DNA of 64,000 bases, taken from positions 1-64,000 of the forward strand of contig CBDCWZ010000010.1 in NCBI GenBank assembly GCA_965223575.1, in the 5' to 3' direction. Both the position numbers and the translations under genes were made by a program. Under the pieces are notes generated by a model. That model was not told where the DNA came from. It saw only the letters and a list, made by a program, of their open reading frames with translations, and searched no databases. The stretch's first letter is position 1. Each line of letters starts with the position of its first letter. The stretch is from Kofleriaceae bacterium (GTDB lineage Bacteria; Myxococcota_A; Polyangia; Haliangiales; Haliangiaceae). Of the stretch, positions 57,165 to 64,000 are shown piece after piece.

Positions 57165-60100
57165 CTACTTCAACTGGGCGATTCGCTGCAGGACATCGCG
57201 GAATTCGCGATCTTGGTTTGTGACCAAGGTATAAAAGCGTTTTGCGTCGGTGGGCTTGTTCATCGCCTCATAGGTAAGGCCAAGCTCATAGTAGAAGCCG
57301 ATCTTTTCAAGGTCACTGATTTCTGGGACCGACAAGGCTTGCTCAAAGTAGTCGATTGCCTCGTCTGTGTTCCCCTGATCGCGATGGCACAGGCCAAGCA
57401 TCAACCGCGACTGGATTCGCCGGCCCGAAACATTGAGCACCTTCTCAAAGGCCTGCATCGCCTCGCCGTGTAGACCCATCTCTCGATAGGCCAGGCCTAA
57501 GTCGTAGTGCGAATCGGCATCTTCATCATCGATGGGTTCTTCCAGCATCACTTGTGGTGCGCGACTGGGCACCGGTGCAGATTCCACCCCCTGCTCGGTT
57601 GCACCAGCGTCCGCGCTGTGCTCTTTGCGAAGCGCATCGAGCTTGGCAACTAGGCTCGGGTGATCTGGATAGGTCTTGAGTAGCTCTTCAAGCGTTTCGA
57701 CCGCTTCTTCAAAAAGCCCTTGCGAAGCGTAAAACTCAACCTCATCCAGTTCGTCTTCAAACACAGAGTCGTCAACAAATGACGAGTCTTTCACCGATGA
57801 AGAGCTGTTCGCGAAATTGGCTTCGGGCTCCAGGGCCAGCTGTGGTTGGGGATCGGGGGCAACCGCTTCCGGTTCCAAATCCGCGAGCTCCGGCTCTAGC
57901 TCCGGCTGTACCACAGTCTCGGGAACAAACTCCGGTCCCCGAGCGGCGAACGCAATCCCTGGAGCGACAAACTCGGGTTCGGCAGTGGCCTCAGGTGTCG
58001 GCGCAAACTCAGGACCTGGTATTGAGTCTCGAACCGGGGATCCGTTATCAATCAAATCCAGCGGGGGAAACTCCGTCTCCACCGGCTCATCCGGCGCCGG
58101 TGCGGCAGTAGGTGCAGCTGTAAACGCATCGATCAGCGGGGAGCTCGAACCGAACGAAGACTCTAGCGTCCACTCACTTTGTGCTCGCTGTGGTCCAGAG
58201 GGCTCCTGTTTGGGCCAAACCGCCGCAGTCAACTCCTCATCGCCCGGCAAATCAAAACCAGAATCGAGTCGATTGGTTCCGATCGGCCCGACGCCAAGTT
58301 CTTGGGCGACTTGATCTAATTTTTGAGAATGGTGCAAAGGATCTCCAGCAACGAGTGCTGTATCCGTCAAAGGCTCATCAGTAAGGAGCGGCTCACCGAC
58401 CAGCAACGGATCATCGGCGACCAGTGGATCTCGGGCGAGATGGCCAAAGGTCTCCTCTTCTATGTCGCTTGTCGGATTGGGCGGAAAATTCGTCGGCTCG
58501 AGATCGACGTCAAATCCTGTAAGCCCCGCCCCGGAAACTCCGGTAACGGACTCGATATCATCGATCTGCTCCGGCATGATCTCTTGAGTGGGGCGCCGAG
58601 GATAGTCGCCAGACCCTACCTGGCTGATCTCTCCCGTAAAATCACCCGGTGACAGGAGCTCGGCCGACAACTCATCCAGATCGAATTCTTCTAAGGCCTC
58701 TACGTCCACATCAAGATGCTGCGCGTTGTCAAAAGGCATTGAGCGGGAGGCAGAGGAATCACTGATATTCCAACTTGGATCGGAAGGAAGATCTTCAGAC
58801 TCATCCACAATCACAACGCCCCCATCAGAACCTTGAGTCCCCGCAGTGTGTCCGGGAATATGCAAATCATGTTGCTCTGCAAGCAAGAACGCCGGTTGGT
58901 AGGTACCGTTGAGAGCGAGAAGATCTTTGAGCCACGCCTCCGCCTGTCCAGGATCGATGGGCGCCAATTGTCTTGCCAGATGCATGAGCTCGCGAACCGC
59001 ATCGTCCCGACGTCCCTGGGACAAATAGACATCCTTGAGTTGCTCGCGTGCCTCGATATTGTCAGGGTCCAGCGCAAACACACCTTGGAGATGATCCGCG
59101 GCCTTTTGGTGGAGTCCATACTTCACATACACGTCGGTTTCCGCGAGAATTTTGACGATCTCTTGCTCGTGGAGCTCGCCGGCCAAAGTGCCCTCGTTAT
59201 CTGCGAAGGTGACATCCTCGTCCAACGAGATATCCGCGGCAAGGGTCTCCGATTTCGGATTCGATCCAAGCTGCGTCGATGGCTGTCTGGCCGGCCGGAT
59301 ACTCTTTGCTTTCGGCGCAACCGGGACTCTCACCGACGTTGCGGTTGCCTCTCCTGGATGATCATCAGGACGATCTAGCGGGACGGCGCCCGTCGCATTA
59401 GAGGGCGATTTCCCGTAGGACCCCAGCGTTATCGCGCGCGGAGGCCTTTGGGGCGGACCAACGCGAGATCCAACCGACACCCTCGCACTCGGTGCCTTCC
59501 CTGGATTGCTCGCGCTGGGATTGATATAGGCCAAGGAATCGGCGTCTTCGGGAGAATAGCGAAGAATGTCCTCGTGGACCTCTTTGGCTCGCTGTTTTTG
59601 GCCATCTTCGTCATAAATTCGTGCCAGCTCTTTGAGCACCGAGACTGTTTTTGCCTTCTGGTCTAGCTCCTGAAACGCCTGGGCCAAAAGTGCGAGCGTC
59701 TCGACATCGCGCGAATCTGCTTTGAAACAGACTTGCAATTTTTGTAGGGCACGTCGCGGATCTTGTTTGTCCAAATATATCGTCGCAAGCTCTCGACTCA
59801 GCGCAAGGTCGTCGGGTTTTGTGCCAAAGCAACCTCTCTGCCACTTTAATAAAATCCTCTGGCCGATCTTTCGAACGCAAAAAGTCGCAGGCGTATGCAA
59901 ACTCTTTGGTCGCCTCTTCTTTCATGTCTTCTTTTGAATATAACTCTGCGAGTTTGATCCGAGTCGCGATATTGTCTGGGTCCAAATCAACCAGTTGCCT
60001 AATGGTCGCCAACGCTTCGTGGGTTTTACCCTCCTGGTGAAAGTGAGCGGCCACCGCTTCGAAGTGCTGCATCGCGTCAGAAAGCAGTCCGAGCTGCCGA

Positions 60101-60408
60101 TACAGCTCCGCTAACTTTAGATTGACCTCTACCATTCGAGCATCAAGCTTTAAGATCTGCTTGTAGACAGCGACAGCCTTCAGGTAGAAGCCCTGCTCGC
60201 TATAAAACTTGGCCACCTTTAGGTAAGTCTCGCTTGCCTCGCGTTTCGACCCCTTCTTTGCATAGAGATCTCCAATCTTGAGCCAAACGCGAACATCATT
60301 TGAATCTTGACCAACAATGCGGAGATATTCCTTGATCGCGCGGTCGGTCTGCCCTTTGTCCACATACTTACGGGCGACTTCCATGACTTTGCTTTTGTTA
60401 AAGGCCAC
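57165..60408 (-). pseudogene. Long TPR-repeat protein, single frameshift near 59.82 kb
   Basis: N-terminal TPR ORF (60408-59611) and the 911-aa ORF (59900-57165) overlap in different frames. TPR sequence continues across the junction. Confidence 0.6.
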
Positions 60409-60782
60409 CGCTTGTGCCTCCCCGCAAAATCATCAACGATTCAGATCGTCTACCCATCCCCGCTTTCCGCGACACCCGTCGGTTGCATCCATTGGCAGCT
60501 GGCCGACGCTTGTCCCGCAGGATATACGGAACTTTTTGTCGTGGCTCGGCATGCGAATTCATCTGCTTACCGATCATCCTGGCGATCGCTCCTGCGCAAC
60601 TCGTTATGATTTCCGCGAGGAAGCACTCGTTATTCCTCAAGAACACCGCCGAAATACACGTTCATCGCCGCGTTGCACGGATTGATGGTGCTGGATCCAG
60701 GCCACAATCTTCAGCTTACGGGGGCGGTAGAGACCCGGTCAAGCTAGCAATTCTAAGAAAACCAGAAAATTTCCGGGGAGTT

Positions 60783-62157
60783 CTACGACGACTCGCTAAG
60801 CATGCGACCGACAAAGCCAGTATCAAAGTCACCGCTTTGAAAGGCCCGATTGCTAACGAGTTTTTTGTGAAACGGAATACTCGTACGAACCCCCTCAATA
60901 ACGAACTCGTCCAGACATCTCCGTACACGTCGCATCGCCGCCTCCCTTGTATCATCATGGACGATGAGCTTTGCCAGAAGTGAATCGTAGTTTGGGGGAA
61001 CCACATATCCCTCGTAAATGTGGGTGTCGACGCGGACCCCCTGGGCCGCACGGGAATATTGAGACCCGTGATCTTGCCGAGGCCAAGGGGACAAAGGTGC
61101 TCGGGGTCCCTCGGCGTTTGATTCGAAGCTCTACTCTCGAAGTGACCGCGCGCAGATCGCGGCTGCCGAAACGACATCTTGTCGCCCCGCTGCGATGAGG
61201 ATTTTGCTCGCGGACCAAATCGAGCCCGGTAACCATCTCGGTAACTGGTGGTGCTCGACTCTGCAGGCGCGTATTCATTTCCATGAAATAAAAGCCTGCC
61301 ATCCTGATCGAGTAAAAACTCGTACCGTTCCCAGATTGACGTAGCCGATGCTGCGCGCCGCCGATACAGCCGCCTGGGTCAGTTTGGTGCGTATAGAATC
61401 TTCAAGCGCTATAGATGGTGCCTCTTCGGCGACCTTCTGGTGGCGGCGCTGAATCGAAGCACTCACGCTCGAGCTCGATATGAACACAATTGCCGTGGGT
61501 TATCGGCGACAATCTGGATCTCAATTATGGCGGGGCCCGCTCGCACCAATAGCGCTCCATGTACATATCCGGGTTGCCAAAACGCAGCGGTTGCCTCAGC
61601 GCGTGCCGTTCGTCCAATCCTGAACCAGACGGTCGGGCTCTTGTACGATCTTCATGCCCCGACCACCACCGCCAGCGGCCGCCTTCAAAATGACCGGAAA
61701 CCCGATCTCATTTGCCGCCTGGGATAATGCGCTCTCACTCTCGATCACGCCCGAGCCAGGCAGGACGGGAACGTTGGCATCGTCCATCGCCGCACGAGCG
61801 CGGATCTTGTCGCCCATGAGACGCATCGCTTCGGGCGAGGGGCCAATCCACTGGATGTCGCATTTTTGGCAAACCTCGGCAAACTCGGCGCTCTCCGAGA
61901 GGAATCCATATCCGGGATGGATCGCGTCGGCGCGGGTAATTTCGGCGGCGCTAATAATCGAGGGAATATTGAGATAGCTCTGACTGGCAGCAGCGGCGCC
62001 AATGCACACGGCTTCGTCGGCAAACTTCACGTGGAGCGCGTTGGCATCAATTTCAGAATAGACGGCGACCGACTGAATGCCAAGCTCGCTCGCGAGCGCG
62101 CGGATAATCCGGAGCGCAATTTCTCCCCGGTTGCGCGACAAGGACTTTTCGAAACAC
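60783..62157 (-). pseudogene. accC: Biotin carboxylase, multiple frameshifts
   Basis: [12 protein letters not shown]..., GGGGRGM, FMEMNTRLQ, EHPVTEM-like and C-terminal segments are spread over at least 4 frames. Confidence 0.7.
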
Positions 62158-62165
62158 AGCGATTC

Positions 62166-62911
62166 CTAACTCGGGACGATCCGAAACAGCGGCTGTCCGT
62201 ATTCTACAGGTTTGGCGTCTTCAACCAATACCGCCCGTTGATGACGCCCGAGACATCCGCCTCGATTTCGTTCATGAGTTTCATCGCCTCGACGATGCAC
62301 AACATGTCGCCTTTTTGCACAGTCTGGCCGACGTCGACATAGGGATCTGCATCTGGAGTCGGGACGACGATAAAACGTGCCCACAAACGGACAGGTCACA
62401 AGATGGTGCTCTTCTTCGTCGGGAGCTAGCGGTCCGCTACCTGAGGCGCAGATACAGGCGCCGGCGTGGTTGCTTTCGACCGCAGCCGGGGGGGCGACCC
62501 CTGGTGCTACCAAATTTGTCGGGGCTGCCCATGACGACCTGGCCTGATGCGGCCGCGCCACGCCGAAGTGGTCACCGTAGCCTCGGCATTCTCGACGATG
62601 AGCTCACTCAGCCCACGCCGCTCGGCAATCGCCGCGAGCTCACGAACCATGGTGACAATCCCAGCACGCCTCGGCTCGGATCTTGGCAACAACTGCCGCG
62701 GACTGTCCCCGAAACGAGCCGACTCTTCGCAGGTTGAGGACTCCCGTTCTTTTTTGGGAATCGCCGCTTTCTTGACCGTCTTTGCTCTGGGTGCGGGCCG
62801 AGAGCTTTGGCCGCGCGGGGCTTGGACACTTTTGCCTTGCCTGTCGTTCTTGGTCGACGCCTTGCTTGCCTTACTCGCTTTGGTCTTCGTAGAACTCTTC
62901 TGCTTAGCCAC
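62166..62911 (-). pseudogene. accB: Biotin carboxyl carrier protein, frameshifted
   Basis: [14 protein letters not shown] biotinyl motif (62204-62386), the C-terminal ..[11 protein letters not shown].. and the N-terminal region lie in different frames. Confidence 0.65.
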
Positions 62912-62971
62912 TCGTTCTCCTAAAGTAGGTTCTCCAAAATCAGGGGCGCCTCCCCCAAATATCAGGAGAGC

Positions 62972-63420
62972 TTATTGCGCGAGGCTTCCACATGGGCAAG
63001 TACTGCGTCTAGCCCGAGATAGTAGCTTTGTGCTCTGAAACCCCGTGATTTGCCCTACGCACCGGGAGGCTGTCAATGACGATATGGCGAAACTCCTCAC
63101 GCGCATATGAACATTTGACAAGTGGACCTCGACAGTCGGCAAACCGACCGCTTCAATCGCATCGCGAATTGCTACGCTCGTATGCGTATACGCGGCCGGA
63201 TTGATAAACAATGGCGTCATGACGCAGTGCGGCGTCCTGAATATGAGTGACGATCTCCCCCTCGACATTGCTCTGCACCGCCGTGACCTCCGCCCCCCGC
63301 AACGCTGCACGTTTGGTCAGCTCGGCGTTGATGTCATCCAGGGTCGTCGTGCCTGTAAATCGATGGCGCACGCGTCCCCAGCAGATTCAAATTGGGGCCG
63401 TGCACAACAAAGACGCGCAC
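62972..63420 (-). pseudogene. aroQ: Type II 3-dehydroquinate dehydratase, frameshifted
   Basis: [33 protein letters not shown] and VEVHLSN.H segments lie in at least 3 frames. Confidence 0.6.
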
Positions 63421-64000
63421 AGGAGTCTTCAACCTGCCGGGAGTCGTTTCAGCCGGTGCTTCTGACTGTTTCTCGGACATCGTTCCCTTTCTTCTCGCGA
63501 ACTACGAGGCGGGAAACTATAGTTTCGTCGACGAGTTTAGGAGTAGCCATCCGCATCAGAAATCGGCACTTGCCCAGATTCCCCTGCTGGCTCAGCAAGA
63601 TCGCGAAAAAGTACTCATCGCTCAGCATCCGCATCACCAGCGTCAGCTTCTCGGCATTGAGGGCCACCTCACCCAGCGACCCCACCTCCAAAATGTCCGG
63701 CCGCTTTTTTGACCTGCCCCAAAATGAACGAGAAACTCCATACCAATCGTATTGGGATCGATATTCTGGCCTTCGCGGATATAGGTCTCGACGGCAATGC
63801 CATCCAACCCCATAATCAACCCGCCGAAGCCCCCTCGACATTATCAACGACCTTTTTGAGTACCTGTGCAAACACGATAGAGTCCTTACAATCTTATAAC
63901 ACAGGTCAAACCTTGGTGACAAATTTAGCAGCTGAACATGCCTGGTTTCGCAAAAACGATTCCTGCCCGGATCAGCGTGAAACCGCACTCGGCCAGGTCC

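Noticed and set aside
60783-63420. Calling accC, accB and aroQ definitively dead genes
   Set aside because: Frameshifts occur throughout the window, several at short homopolymer runs, and these genes are normally essential. Sequencing or assembly indels are at least as likely. They are reported as pseudogene-type features with that caveat.

Overview
This is a 64 kb window of moderately GC-rich bacterial DNA. Gene content (sacsin-like giant proteins, DUF1554, long TPR proteins) suggests Myxococcota or Bradymonadia, but that is a low-confidence guess. No tools were run: every call comes from reading the sequence and the supplied ORF track.

Layout:
- About 0-35 kb is a mosaic accessory region. 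It holds a 34-bp tRNA-Gly direct repeat (38-71 and 11503-11536), an IS5-family IS, an IS66 element, IS3, integrase and terminase fragments, several toxin-antitoxin cassettes and their decayed paralogues, a GHKL-ATPase/transglutaminase giant gene pair, and an NrtR-headed ADP-ribose/NAD operon.
- About 33.5-49.5 kb holds an RbfA-like/rtcB pair, a coupled hflX/ABC-F pair, MerR/VOC/DUF1801 genes, and metal-homeostasis genes (CobW, and an ArsR with a Cys-rich tail).
- About 50.8-64 kb is core metabolism: gltBD, a long TPR gene, and accBC and aroQ, the last three riddled with frameshifts.

The standout is a 4.6 kb array of about 31 tRNA or tRNA-like genes (2733-7345, all on the + strand). It is invaded by 16 copies of a 71-100 nt three-helix element that inserts at GTT^CG sites. 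Ten copies sit exactly inside T-loops between T55 and C56, one sits in an anticodon loop whose complement mimics a T-loop, and two sit at position 72/73. As far as I know this is undescribed. It is either a T-loop-targeting miniature mobile element or a new kind of bacterial tRNA intervening sequence.

The array also contains tRNA-like genes with a shared compact D arm, and Leu-anticodon tRNAs that lack the long variable arm.

Caveat: single-base frameshifts, several of them at short homopolymer runs, are frequent across the window. Sequencing error cannot be separated from true pseudogenisation here.
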